A DNA stretch of 64,000 nt from Gemmatimonadales bacterium (GCA_041613315.1 JBFJHJ010000004.1:32001-96000), one strand, 5' to 3'. Counted from the first letter of the stretch, positions 54,450 to 64,000 are shown. A program made the numbers and translations. The notes: generated by a model from the sequence alone, not told the origin.

Positions 54450-57400
54450 CCGCGCTACGCATGTCACTCCGCGGGGCCTCGATCGCCCTCGCGCTCATCG
54501 GTGTCCCCGTCTCTTCCGCCATCGCGCAGGGACCGCCCGGTGCGCGCCGCGATCGGGACAAGCCCCCGCTGCCGCTCGAGGCCGCCCGCAAAGCGACCTT
54601 CACTGCGACCACGGGCACCTGGATGTCGCTCGACGTGAGTCCCGACGGGAACACCATCGTGTTCGACCTCTTGGGCGACCTCTACACGGTCCCCATCACC
54701 GGCGGGAAGGCCACGCGCATCACCGAAGGCATGGCGTTCGACGCGCAGCCGCGGTTCAGCCCGGACGGACAGTCGGTGGTGTTCGTCTCCGACCGCTCGG
54801 GCGGCGACAATGTCTGGGCGATGCGGCTCGACTTCACCGACACCACCCAGGTGACCCAGGGGAACACGAGCCTGTACGTCTCTCCCGAATGGATGCCCGA
54901 CGGGGAGCACATCGTCGTGAGCCACTCGCGCGGCCTGTTCGGGGCGGCGAAGCTCGAGATGTACCACGTGAAGCGCCGCAGCCCGCTCCCCCTGATCCGT
55001 GGCCCCCAGCCGTTCAAGACGATCGGCGCGGCAGTGAGCCCCGACGGCCGGCACATCTGGTACGCCGGCCGGTCGGGCGACTGGCAGTACAACGCGATCT
55101 TCCCCCAGTACCAGCTCTACCGCTACGACCGCGAGCACGGCACGTCCACGCGCTTCACCGGCCGCTACGGGTCGGCCTTCCGGCCCGCCATCTCGCCCGA
55201 CGGCCAGTGGCTGGTCTACGGGACGCGGGACGACACCCAGACGGGCCTCCGGCTCCGGCACTTGAACACGGGCGAGGAGCGGTGGCTCGCGTATCCGGTG
55301 CAGCGGGACGACATGGAGTCCCGAGCCACGCTCGACGTGCTCCCCGGCTACAGCTTCATGCCCGACTCGCGGTCCGTCGTGGTTTCCTACGGCGGCGAGA
55401 TCTGGCGTGTGCCGGTGGACGGCAGCGCCGCGACCAAGATCCCGATCGAGGCCGAGGTCAAGGCGGACGTCGGGCCCGAGGTCAAGTTCGCTTACCGGGT
55501 GGACACCACGGCGCTGGCGACCGCGCGGCAGATCCGGAGCCCGGTCGCCTCGCCCGACGGCCGGCGCATCACGTTCACCGCCTTCGACCGGATCTGGGTG
55601 CGGGAGATCGCGGGGGGCACGGCGCGTCGCGTGACCGATCAGGACGTGGGTGAGTACCACCCCGTGTGGTCGTCGGACGGCGCCGCGATCGCGTTCGTCA
55701 CGTGGGACGACTCGGCGGGCGGGCACATCATGCGGGCGCGCGCCGATGGCGGCGGCCGCCCTCAGCAGTTGACGCGCGTGCCCGCGCTCTACTACAACGT
55801 CGCGTGGTCGCCCGACGGCCAGCGCATCGTCGCGAGCCGCGGGGCGGCGCGCGACCTCAAGCGGGCGCCGGACGTCTTCTTCGGGCCCCTGGGCGGCGAG
55901 TTCGTCTGGGTCCCGGCGGCGGGCGGCGACGTCACGGTCATCGCCCCGACGGGGTCCCGCGACGTGGCGCACTTCCGCAAGGATCAACCGAACCGGATCT
56001 ACGCGCACAGCCGGAGCGAAGGCCTGGTGTCGTTCCGCTGGGACGGCACCGACGTGAAGGAGCATCTCCAGGTGCGCGGCTCGCTGCCCCCCGGGGTGGG
56101 CACGCCCCATCCCAGCGAGTGGGAGGTCCTCCCGCGCCGCGTCTTCCCCGTCCCGCGTGATGCGGCGGCCGACGCGGCGGAGCCTGGGCCATCGCCGCCC
56201 CCCGCGGGCCTGATCATGATCTCGCCCGCGGGCGGACGTGCCCTGGCGCAGGTGGGGAACCACATCTACACGGTGGACATCCCCGACGTGGGCGGCCCCA
56301 CACCGACGGTGTCGGTGGCGAACCCGCAGAGTGCGCCGGTGTTGGTGCGGCAGCTCACCGACATCGGCGGTGAGTTTCCGTCGTGGAGCGCCGACGGGCG
56401 GCGCGTCTATTGGGCGATCGGGAACGCACTGTTCACCTACGATCTCTCACGTGTAGAAGCGATCGAAGACTCGACCGAGCGCGCCGGCCGCGCGACCGTG
56501 GGACGGGCGCTCCGCGCCCGGGCGCTGCTCGACAGCCTCAAAGCCGTGCGCAAGACGACGGACAGTCTCACCAAGGCCACTCAGCCGGTGCCGGACACGC
56601 TGCGCGCCCGGCTCAACCGGCTGGTGGCGGATTCGGTCCAGATCCGGGCCGACTCGCTGATCCAGGCCGCCGACGAGCTCAGGGCCAAGGCCGCGGCGAT
56701 CCGGGCGCACGCCGACTCGGTGCGCCAGGGGTTGGACAGTGCCCGCGCCGATACCGCCGCCTACAAGCCGGCCGAGACGCGGGTCGAGGTCAAGCTCCCG
56801 CGCGACTTACCCCGGGGTACGGTTGTGCTGCGCGGCGGGCGGGTGCTCACGATGAAGGGGCAGGAAACGATCGAGAATGCCGACATCGTCGTCACCGATA
56901 ACCGGATCGTGGCGGTGGGGCCTCAGGACTCGGTGCCGGTGCCGCAGGGGGCGCGCATTGTGGACATCTCGGGCAAGACGGTGACGCCAGGCTTCGTGGA
57001 CACGCATTACCACGCGCAGTGGCTCGTGCCGGAGATCCACCTGCGGCAGGTCTGGCAGTACCTCGCCAACCTGGCGTTCGGGGTCACCACCACGCGAGAT
57101 CCGCAGACGGGCTCGACCGACGTCTTGAGCTATCAGGATCGAGTCGAGATCGGCGGCATGCTGGGCCCCCGTATCTACTCGACGGGCCCCGGCGTGTTCA
57201 TCACGGAGAACATCCGCGACGCCGACCAGGCGAAGACGGTCTTGAAGCGGTACAGCCAGTATTACGACACCAAGACGCTCAAGATGTACATGGCGGGGAA
57301 CCGGCAGCAACGGCAGTGGATCATCCAGGCCGCGAAGGAGTTGAAGCTGATGCCGACGACCGAGGGCGGGCTCGACTTCAAGCTCGACCTCACGCACGCA

Positions 57401-58090
57401 ATCGACGGCTACTCCGGGATCGAGCACGCGCTGCCGATCGCGCCGATCTACGACGACGTGGTACGGCTGTTCAAGGCCTCGCAGACGACCAACAGCCCCA
57501 CGCTGCTCGTCTCGTATGGCGGGCCGTTCGGCGAGAATTACTTCTACACCAAGGAACAGGTACACGACAATGCGAAGCTCCGCCGCTTCGCGCCCGAGGA
57601 GAGCATCGACGCGCGGAGCCGGCGGCGCGGCGGCAATCCCGGCCGCGGCGGCTGGTTTCTCGACGAGGAGTACATCTTCCCGCAGCACGCGCAGTTCGTG
57701 AAGAAGCTGCTGGAGGACAGCGCGCGCGCCGCGGTGGGAAGCCACGGCCAGCTGCAGGGCTTGGGCTACCACTGGGAGCTGTGGGCCATGGCATCGGGCG
57801 GGCTCGGTAACCACGACGCGCTTCGCGCCGCCACGATCTACGGCGCCGAGGCGATCGGCCTCGCCCAGGACATCGGGACGGTCGAGGCCGGCAAGCTGGC
57901 CGACCTCCTCGTGTTCGAGGCGGATCCGCTCGAGGATCTGCGCAACACGGTGCGGCTACAGTACGTCATGAAGAACGGCCGGTTGTACGAGGCCGAGACG
58001 CTGAACGAGGTGTGGCCGCGGCAGCGCCCGCTGCCGACGCCGGCGTGGCGCCACCTGGCGCCGACGGGAGTGCAGGCGGGGATTCGGTAG
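54446..58090 (+). CDS. Secreted TolB/PD40 beta-propeller + amidohydrolase protein, paralog 2 (with ~100-aa helical insert)
   Basis: ATGA overlap with paralog 1; same architecture; PGFVDTHYH. Confidence 0.9.
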   Translation: MTALRMSLRGASIALALIGVPVSSAIAQGPPGARRDRDKPPLPLEAARKATFTATTGTWMSLDVSPDGNTIVFDLLGDLYTVPITGGKATRITEGMAFDAQPRFSPDGQSVVFVSDRSGGDNVWAMRLDFTDTTQVTQGNTSLYVSPEWMPDGEHIVVSHSRGLFGAAKLEMYHVKRRSPLPLIRGPQPFKTIGAAVSPDGRHIWYAGRSGDWQYNAIFPQYQLYRYDREHGTSTRFTGRYGSAFRPAISPDGQWLVYGTRDDTQTGLRLRHLNTGEERWLAYPVQRDDMESRATLDVLPGYSFMPDSRSVVVSYGGEIWRVPVDGSAATKIPIEAEVKADVGPEVKFAYRVDTTALATARQIRSPVASPDGRRITFTAFDRIWVREIAGGTARRVTDQDVGEYHPVWSSDGAAIAFVTWDDSAGGHIMRARADGGGRPQQLTRVPALYYNVAWSPDGQRIVASRGAARDLKRAPDVFFGPLGGEFVWVPAAGGDVTVIAPTGSRDVAHFRKDQPNRIYAHSRSEGLVSFRWDGTDVKEHLQVRGSLPPGVGTPHPSEWEVLPRRVFPVPRDAAADAAEPGPSPPPAGLIMISPAGGRALAQVGNHIYTVDIPDVGGPTPTVSVANPQSAPVLVRQLTDIGGEFPSWSADGRRVYWAIGNALFTYDLSRVEAIEDSTERAGRATVGRALRARALLDSLKAVRKTTDSLTKATQPVPDTLRARLNRLVADSVQIRADSLIQAADELRAKAAAIRAHADSVRQGLDSARADTAAYKPAETRVEVKLPRDLPRGTVVLRGGRVLTMKGQETIENADIVVTDNRIVAVGPQDSVPVPQGARIVDISGKTVTPGFVDTHYHAQWLVPEIHLRQVWQYLANLAFGVTTTRDPQTGSTDVLSYQDRVEIGGMLGPRIYSTGPGVFITENIRDADQAKTVLKRYSQYYDTKTLKMYMAGNRQQRQWIIQAAKELKLMPTTEGGLDFKLDLTHAIDGYSGIEHALPIAPIYDDVVRLFKASQTTNSPTLLVSYGGPFGENYFYTKEQVHDNAKLRRFAPEESIDARSRRRGGNPGRGGWFLDEEYIFPQHAQFVKKLLEDSARAAVGSHGQLQGLGYHWELWAMASGGLGNHDALRAATIYGAEAIGLAQDIGTVEAGKLADLLVFEADPLEDLRNTVRLQYVMKNGRLYEAETLNEVWPRQRPLPTPAWRHLAPTGVQAGIR

Positions 58091-58094
58091 CGCT

Positions 58095-58137
58095 CCCTCA
58101 CCCCCTGTCCCCCTCTCCCCTTTAGGGGAGAGGGGGA
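58095..58137. repeat. REP-like palindrome / hairpin
   Basis: CCCTCACCCC leader plus a perfect 13-bp stem TCCCCCTCTCCCC-TTTA-GGGGAGAGGGGGA. Confidence 0.65.
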
Positions 58138-58233
58138 ACGCGGGGCACCAGGCGTTCGCACACCGGACCACGGCCGTGCTATCTTTGGCGCCCGCCATCC
58201 GCGACCCAGCTGAGAGCGAGCCCGACCCGACGC

Positions 58234-59736
58234 ATGACCGCACCCGCCACGATCGCCTCCACGGAGAGCCGTGCCAGCCTCGCGCGCGGGATGGGCCTCA
58301 TGGGCCTCGCGGCGACAGGCATCTGCTCGATGATCGGCGCCGCGATCAACGTGGTCCCCTTCAGCATCCAGCGAAGCGTGCCCGGCATCGGGCCGTACGT
58401 GTTGCCGGCCTTCCTGTTCGGCGCCGTCCCCGCCCTCCTCGCCGGTCTGGCCTACGCTATCCTCGCCTCCGCCATGCCGCGGGCCGGCGGCAGCTATGTC
58501 TACGCGAGCCGCGCCCTCAACCCGTACCTGGGATTCGTCGCGAGCTTCTCGCAGTGGTTCGGGATCTCCATCGCGATCGGGGTCGTGTCGTACGTGTTGA
58601 TCCCCTTCCTGCGCGACATCGCGGCGGCGCTGGGCTGGGCGCCGCTTGCCGCCGGCCTCGACGCGGGACCGGTCCGCCTGACGCTGGCCCTCGCGGTCCT
58701 CTGGGCGTTCGTCGGCGTCAACCTGCGCGGCATCCGCTCGTACCAGCGGACCCTCGTGCCGCTCATGTTCCTGATGTTCGCCCTGGGCGCGATTGTCATC
58801 GTGATCGGCTTCGCGTTCGATCACGCGGACTTCGCCACGGCGCTCGCCGCCCAAGGGGGGCAGGCCGTCCCGGCCGACCCGCCACCGTTCCGTCTCGGGA
58901 CGTTCTTGCCGGCCACCGTGCTGCTCTTTTCGAGCTTCATCGGATTCGACTCGATCGCCCAGGCGGGCGGCGAGGCCCGGAACCCCGGCCGGTCCCTGCC
59001 GCTCGCAATCGGCATCGCGGTCGTGGGCGTGGGGACGTTCTACCTGCTGTTCACAGCCGCCGTGTATCACGCCGTCCCGTGGAGCTACGTGGCCGCCGAG
59101 GCCCAGACGCGCGACGTCACCGCCCCCGGACTCTTGGGCGTCTTGCTCCCGCCCATGTGGACGGTCGCGATCGTGGCGGGTGCGGCCGTGGCCCTGATCA
59201 ACGACCTGCCGGCCATGCTGCTCGCGGTCTCGCGACTCATGTTCGCGTGGGCGGAAGACGGGATCTTCCCGAAGGCGGCTGCCGCCGTGCATCCCACCCG
59301 GCGCACCCCGCACGTCGCCATCGTGCTGAGCGGGATCGTGGCCTCGCTCGGCATCCTGGGGAGCCATCTGGCCGGCGACTTCTTCCTGGGCGTGGACATC
59401 CTCGTCACGTCCATGCTGGTGAACTTCCTGCTCATGTGCGTCTCGGTGCTCACGCTCCCGCGGCGCAACCCCGCGCTCGCGCGCGAGGTGAAGGTCGTGC
59501 CGCAGCGACGCGTGCAGGTGCCGCTCGCCCTGCTCGGCGCGCTGCTGCTCGGCGGGTTCCTGGCGGTCCATACCGCGAAGGACCTCGCCGCGCCCGCCGT
59601 CTGGTATCTGCATTCGACCCCGGTCTGGCTCACCGTCATGGCTGTGGGCACCGCGATCTACGTCGTCCAGGTGCGCAAGCTCAGGCGGCGCGGCGTGGAC
59701 GTGGACGCGATGTTCGCGACCTTGCCGGCGGAGTGA
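58234..59736 (+). CDS. APC family amino acid permease
   Basis: LASAMPRAGGSYVY, FIGFDSIAQAGGEARNP and SRLMFAWAEDGIFP motifs; about 12 TMs. Confidence 0.92.
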   Translation: MTAPATIASTESRASLARGMGLMGLAATGICSMIGAAINVVPFSIQRSVPGIGPYVLPAFLFGAVPALLAGLAYAILASAMPRAGGSYVYASRALNPYLGFVASFSQWFGISIAIGVVSYVLIPFLRDIAAALGWAPLAAGLDAGPVRLTLALAVLWAFVGVNLRGIRSYQRTLVPLMFLMFALGAIVIVIGFAFDHADFATALAAQGGQAVPADPPPFRLGTFLPATVLLFSSFIGFDSIAQAGGEARNPGRSLPLAIGIAVVGVGTFYLLFTAAVYHAVPWSYVAAEAQTRDVTAPGLLGVLLPPMWTVAIVAGAAVALINDLPAMLLAVSRLMFAWAEDGIFPKAAAAVHPTRRTPHVAIVLSGIVASLGILGSHLAGDFFLGVDILVTSMLVNFLLMCVSVLTLPRRNPALAREVKVVPQRRVQVPLALLGALLLGGFLAVHTAKDLAAPAVWYLHSTPVWLTVMAVGTAIYVVQVRKLRRRGVDVDAMFATLPAE

Positions 59737-59782
59737 CGACGTGCAGGCAGCAATGCTGACTGCGGATGGCCGGTAAGCACCG

Positions 59783-61258
59783 ATGACCACCGCGGTCCCA
59801 CGCGTCGAGCTGGGTGCGGGATTCGCTATCTCTCGCCTCGTGACCGGCTTGTGGCAGATCGCCGACATGGAACGGGGCGGGCGCGCACTCGATCTCGACG
59901 CCGCCGCCCACGCCATGGCCCCCTACGTGGATGCCGGCCTCACTACGTTCGACATGGCCGACCACTACGGCTCGGCCGAGGACATCGCCGGCCGGTTCCG
60001 CGGGCGTCACGCCCCCGGCGTCGGCGTCGAGCTCCTCACCAAGTGGGTGCCCAAACCCGGCCCTCTGAGCCGCGAGGACGTTCGGGCAGCGGTGCGGCGA
60101 TCGCTGGACCGCCTCAAGACGGACACCATCGACCTGCTTCAGTTTCACGCCTGGAACTACGCCGACCCGAGCTGGCTCGACGGTTTGTTCTGGCTGCAAG
60201 AGCTGAAAGGCGAGGGGTTGATCCGACATCTCGGCGTGACGAACACGGACGCGGCGCACCTCGCGATCGCCATGCACAGCGGGATCGAGATCGCCACCAA
60301 CCAGGTCTGCTTCTCGCTCGTCGATCGGCGCCCGCGTCGGAGGCTCATCGCGCTGTGCCAGCAGCACGGGATCACCCTCCTCACCTACGGGCCCCTGGCG
60401 GGCGGGTTCCTCACCGAGCGCTGGCTTGGAGCGCCCGAGCCGGACTGGGATCGCCTGGAGACATGGTCGCAGATGAAGTACGGGCGATTCGTCCGTGCGG
60501 CGGGCGGGTGGGGGCGGTTCCAGGCCGTCCTCCGCGCGGCGCACACGGTGGCACAGCGGCACGGTGTGTCGCTGGCGAATGTCGCGTGCCGCTTCGTGCT
60601 GGAAGAGCCCGCGGTGGGCGGCGTCATCATCGGTGCGCGCCTAGGCCTTCACGAGCACATCCAGGACAACCTCCGCGTGTTCGACTTCGTGCTCGACGAG
60701 GAGGATCGACGGGAGATCGAGGCGGCCGTTCGGGCGCTGGATCCGATCCCCGGCGACTCGGGCGATGAGTATCGGCGGCCCCCGTTCCTGACGGCGTCCG
60801 GCGACCTCAGCCATCACGTGGACGTGATCCCACCGCCCTACGCGGCCCGGCCGGGTTCGGACGGCCGGACCGTCGTGTCGAGCGGAACTTCGTGGGAGGA
60901 GATGGCGGGCTACGCCCGGGCGGTCAGGCGCGGCGAGCGCGTCTGGGTCTCTGGCACGACCGCCACCCATCGCGATCGGGTGATCGGCGGCTCTGACGCG
61001 GCGGCCCAGACGCACTTCGTGATCGACAAGATCGCCGGGGCGCTCCAGTCCGCCGGCTCCGGACTCGAGGACGTCGTGCGGACGCGCGTCTTCGTCCGAA
61101 ACATCTCGGACTGGGAGGCCGTCGCCCGCGCCCACGGCGAGCGGTTCGGCGACATCCGGCCCGCCAACACGCTCGTGCAGGCCGCGCTCATCGGCGACGA
61201 GTACCTGGTGGAGATGGAGGCGGATGCGGTCGTGACGACCCGACCCCGGGTCGGCTGA
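59783..61258 (+). CDS. Aldo/keto reductase fused to a C-terminal Rid (YjgF/YER057c/UK114) domain
   Basis: AKR tetrad (FDMADHYG, TKW, LQFH); C-terminal SGTSWEEMAGYARAVR…VSGTT…RPANTLV…VEMEADA. Confidence 0.88.
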   Translation: MTTAVPRVELGAGFAISRLVTGLWQIADMERGGRALDLDAAAHAMAPYVDAGLTTFDMADHYGSAEDIAGRFRGRHAPGVGVELLTKWVPKPGPLSREDVRAAVRRSLDRLKTDTIDLLQFHAWNYADPSWLDGLFWLQELKGEGLIRHLGVTNTDAAHLAIAMHSGIEIATNQVCFSLVDRRPRRRLIALCQQHGITLLTYGPLAGGFLTERWLGAPEPDWDRLETWSQMKYGRFVRAAGGWGRFQAVLRAAHTVAQRHGVSLANVACRFVLEEPAVGGVIIGARLGLHEHIQDNLRVFDFVLDEEDRREIEAAVRALDPIPGDSGDEYRRPPFLTASGDLSHHVDVIPPPYAARPGSDGRTVVSSGTSWEEMAGYARAVRRGERVWVSGTTATHRDRVIGGSDAAAQTHFVIDKIAGALQSAGSGLEDVVRTRVFVRNISDWEAVARAHGERFGDIRPANTLVQAALIGDEYLVEMEADAVVTTRPRVG

Positions 61259-61311
61259 CACGTGAGTATCGTATATCCGCTCTCGACTATCGACCCTTTC
61301 GGAGCCACCAC

Positions 61312-63084
61312 GTGACCCCAACACTTCTGAGGCCCGGCACGCGCTTCTTACTCGTCACCATGATCGTTGCGCTCGCCGCATGCGGACTCGACCCCGCATC
61401 CCGCTTCCATGCCGTGCTCGACGAGGCCTGGCAGTTTGAGCTGGCCACGGACCCGCTGCTCGCGACGTCGGTGGGCGATCACCGCTACGACGACCGTTTG
61501 CCGGACGTGACGCCCGAGGCGCTGTCGCGGCGCGCGGACGTCCGGCGCGCCGGCCTCGAGCGGCTCGCCGCGATCGACCGCGACCGGCTGGACCGCCAGG
61601 ACCGCATCACCCACGAGATGCTGCGCCGCAGCCTCGCCGACGCCGTGGCCGCCTACGAGTTCGGCGCACACCGCATGCCGATCCTCGCCGACGCGGGGTT
61701 CCACACCGAGTTCGCCGAGCTGCCGAACCGCATGCCGTTCGCCACCCCGCGCGACTATGAGAACTACGTCGCGCGCCTTCGCGCCTTTCCCGCGTATGTG
61801 CGCCAGCAGATTGCGCAGATGCGGGAAGGGATCGCAACGGGGTTCACGATGCCGAGGGTGGTGCTCGACGGCTACGAGGTGACGATCGCCTCGCACGTCG
61901 TGACCGACCCGGCGACGAGTCTCTTCTGGACCCCCTTCGAGCGCATCCCGGCGACGATACCCGCCGTCGAGCGCGAGCGGCTACGGGCCGCGGGCCGCGC
62001 CGCGATCCAGGAAGGCGCCGTCGCGGGCTATCAGGCGTTTCTCGAGTTCATGATGAACGAGTACCTGCCCAACACGCGTACCACGACCGGCGCCCGAGAC
62101 CTGCCGAACGGGCGCGCGTACTACGAGCACCTCGTGCGCCATTTCACGACGCTGGACGTGACGCCCGAGGAGGTCCACCGGCTTGGGCTTGAGGAGGTGA
62201 CGCGCATCCGTACCGAGATGGAAGGGATCGTTCGAGAGGTCGGCTTCCGAGGCGACGTTGCCGCATTCATCCAGTTCCTGCGGACCGATCCCCGCTTCTA
62301 CGCGCGCACCCCGGACGAGTTGCTCATGCGCGCCTCCTGGCTGGCGAAGCGGATGGACGCGAACCTGCCGACGCTCTTCGGGACGCTGCCCCGTCAGCCG
62401 TACGGCGTGGCGCCCGTGCCCGACCACCTGGCGCCCAAGTACACCAGTGGTCGCTACGTGCAGGCGGCGCCCGGCAGCACGCAACCCGGGTACTACTGGG
62501 TGAACACCTACAACCTCTCGATCCGGCCGCTTTACACGCTGCCGGCGTTGACGCTGCACGAAGCGGTGCCGGGCCATCACCTCCAGATCGCGCTCGCGCA
62601 GGAGCTGGACGGCCTGCCGCCGTTCCGCCGCTTCACCTATCTCTCGGCGTTTGGCGAGGGCTGGGGGCTGTATTCCGAGTGGTTGGGGATCGAAGCGGGA
62701 ATGTACGACGACGCCTACGCGCGGTTCGGTCGGCTCACGTACGAGATGTGGCGCGCCTGCCGACTCGTGGTGGACACCGGCCTCCACACGATGGGCTGGT
62801 CGCGGCAGCAGGCGATCGACTACCTCGGCTCCAACACCGCGCTGCCCCTCCATGAGATCCGGACCGAGACCGACCGGTATATCTCCTGGCCCGGCCAGGC
62901 GCTCGCGTACAAGATGGGAGAGTTGACCATCCGGCGGCTCCGCCGCGAGGCCGAAGAGGCCCTGGGCGAGCGGTTCGACGTGCGCGCGTTCCACGACGTC
63001 GTGCTGCGGAACGGCGCCGTGCCGCTCACAGTGCTCGAGGACGAGGTGCGGGCGGCCGTCGCCGCGGCCCGAGTCGGACAGTAG
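61312..63084 (+). CDS. DUF885 family lipoprotein (putative metallopeptidase)
   Basis: Lipobox LAAC; HEAVPGHHLQ, EGWGLYSE, RLVVDTGLH and PGQALAYKMG motifs. Confidence 0.92.
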   Translation: MTPTLLRPGTRFLLVTMIVALAACGLDPASRFHAVLDEAWQFELATDPLLATSVGDHRYDDRLPDVTPEALSRRADVRRAGLERLAAIDRDRLDRQDRITHEMLRRSLADAVAAYEFGAHRMPILADAGFHTEFAELPNRMPFATPRDYENYVARLRAFPAYVRQQIAQMREGIATGFTMPRVVLDGYEVTIASHVVTDPATSLFWTPFERIPATIPAVERERLRAAGRAAIQEGAVAGYQAFLEFMMNEYLPNTRTTTGARDLPNGRAYYEHLVRHFTTLDVTPEEVHRLGLEEVTRIRTEMEGIVREVGFRGDVAAFIQFLRTDPRFYARTPDELLMRASWLAKRMDANLPTLFGTLPRQPYGVAPVPDHLAPKYTSGRYVQAAPGSTQPGYYWVNTYNLSIRPLYTLPALTLHEAVPGHHLQIALAQELDGLPPFRRFTYLSAFGEGWGLYSEWLGIEAGMYDDAYARFGRLTYEMWRACRLVVDTGLHTMGWSRQQAIDYLGSNTALPLHEIRTETDRYISWPGQALAYKMGELTIRRLRREAEEALGERFDVRAFHDVVLRNGAVPLTVLEDEVRAAVAAARVGQ

Positions 63085-63162
63085 CGGCAGGGGCGCCGAC
63101 CTCGCCGCCGGACCTCGGCGCGGTAGATTGGAGCAACCCACTTCACGTCGAGCAGTGCCCGC

Positions 63163-64000
63163 ATGCTCAAGGTCACGCCGTTTCATCCCCGCACGGCCCC
63201 GCTGGTGCGGGCGGCGACGTGGCGCCGCTGGTCGGGGTACCAGATGGCGAGCGCCTACGACCCGCACCCGGACCGCGAGTATGCCGCGATCCGGAACGCC
63301 GCCGCACTGATCGACGTCTCGCCGCTCTTCAAGTATCGCGTGACCGGTCCGGACGCCACCCGTCTGTTGGACCGGATGGTCACGCGGGATGTGACGCGGT
63401 GCCGCGTCGGCCAGGTGCTCTACACCCCGTGGTGCGACGAGCACGGCAAGGTGATTGACGACGGCACGGTCCAGCGGCTGGAGGAAGGGACATTTCGCCT
63501 GACCAGCGCCGACCCCAACTTGCGCTGGCTGACGATGAGTGCCGCCGGGCTCGACGCCACGATCGAGGACGAATCGACCGGGGTGGGGGCGCTGGCGTTG
63601 CAGGGGCCGCTGTCGTGCGCGATCCTGGAGCAGGTCTGCCCGGCCGACCTCGGCAGCCTCAAGTACTTCCGCCTGACCCCCACCACCGTGCGCGAGCTTC
63701 CGGTCACGATCTCCCGCACGGGCTACACCGGTGACCTGGGCTACGAGATCTGGATGCGCGCGGATCACGCCGTGCGCATCTGGGACGCGCTGATCGAGGC
63801 GGGTGCAGCGTACGGGATTGCGCCCGCCGGCGTCTGGGCGATGGACGTGGCCCGGATCGAGGCAGGCCTGATCATGCTCGGCGTGGACTATCACTCGTCG
63901 TATCACGCGATGATCGAAGACCAGCGGTCCTCGCCCTTCGAGCTCAACCTGGGGTGGACGGTTCCACCCGACAAAGGTCCGTACACCGGGAAGCGCGCCC
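63163..64000 (+). CDS. GcvT-family aminomethyltransferase/THF-dependent demethylase (partial, runs off the window)
   Basis: Not in the ORF track because it is open at the edge. Reads MLKVTPFHPRT…EYAAIRNAAALIDVSPLFKY…GPDA…GKVIDDG…ALQGP…SRTGYTGDLGYE…ARIEAG. Confidence 0.88.
   Translation, partial: MLKVTPFHPRTAPLVRAATWRRWSGYQMASAYDPHPDREYAAIRNAAALIDVSPLFKYRVTGPDATRLLDRMVTRDVTRCRVGQVLYTPWCDEHGKVIDDGTVQRLEEGTFRLTSADPNLRWLTMSAAGLDATIEDESTGVGALALQGPLSCAILEQVCPADLGSLKYFRLTPTTVRELPVTISRTGYTGDLGYEIWMRADHAVRIWDALIEAGAAYGIAPAGVWAMDVARIEAGLIMLGVDYHSSYHAMIEDQRSSPFELNLGWTVPPDKGPYTGKRA

Overview
High-GC bacterial chromosomal window with no rRNA, tRNA, CRISPR array or recognisable transposase/integrase. Gene content and order (mannose-type PTS-hprK-HPF next to metK/ahcY, rib operon, FlgD/T9SS-tail-like protein, TonB receptor) suggest an FCB-related Gram-negative lineage such as Gemmatimonadota; this is inference only. 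1-13.1 kb (minus) is a nine-gene, largely uncharacterised envelope operon: two DUF4159 paralogs, a vWA/GATase-like membrane protein, a Cys-less caspase-fold protein, a TPR-gluzincin, MoxR, DUF58, BatA-vWA and a partial DUF4175-like gene. 13.2-43.6 kb (minus) is mostly housekeeping: tadA, clpB with a sigma54-type promoter, selB, recO, a cobalamin-riboswitch-controlled btu operon, ahcY, metK, PTS, hprK, HPF, a GT4, nusB, rib genes, purM, pfkB and argS. 43.6-48.4 kb is accessory: an AT-richer HNH-like orphan, a TGA-interrupted membrane gene, an outer-membrane barrel and a secreted patatin. 48.5-64 kb (plus) is a putative peptide/modified-amino-acid scavenging cluster: LtrA, DAACS symporter, two tandem secreted PD40-amidohydrolases, APC permease, AKR-Rid fusion, DUF885 and a partial GcvT-like gene. 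Other notable signals are three candidate CTG starts, dispersed period-7 intergenic repeats, a D-(S/T)-hydrophobic sequon-rich helical insert and two structured intergenic elements. All family calls come from motif recognition by eye, not database searches.
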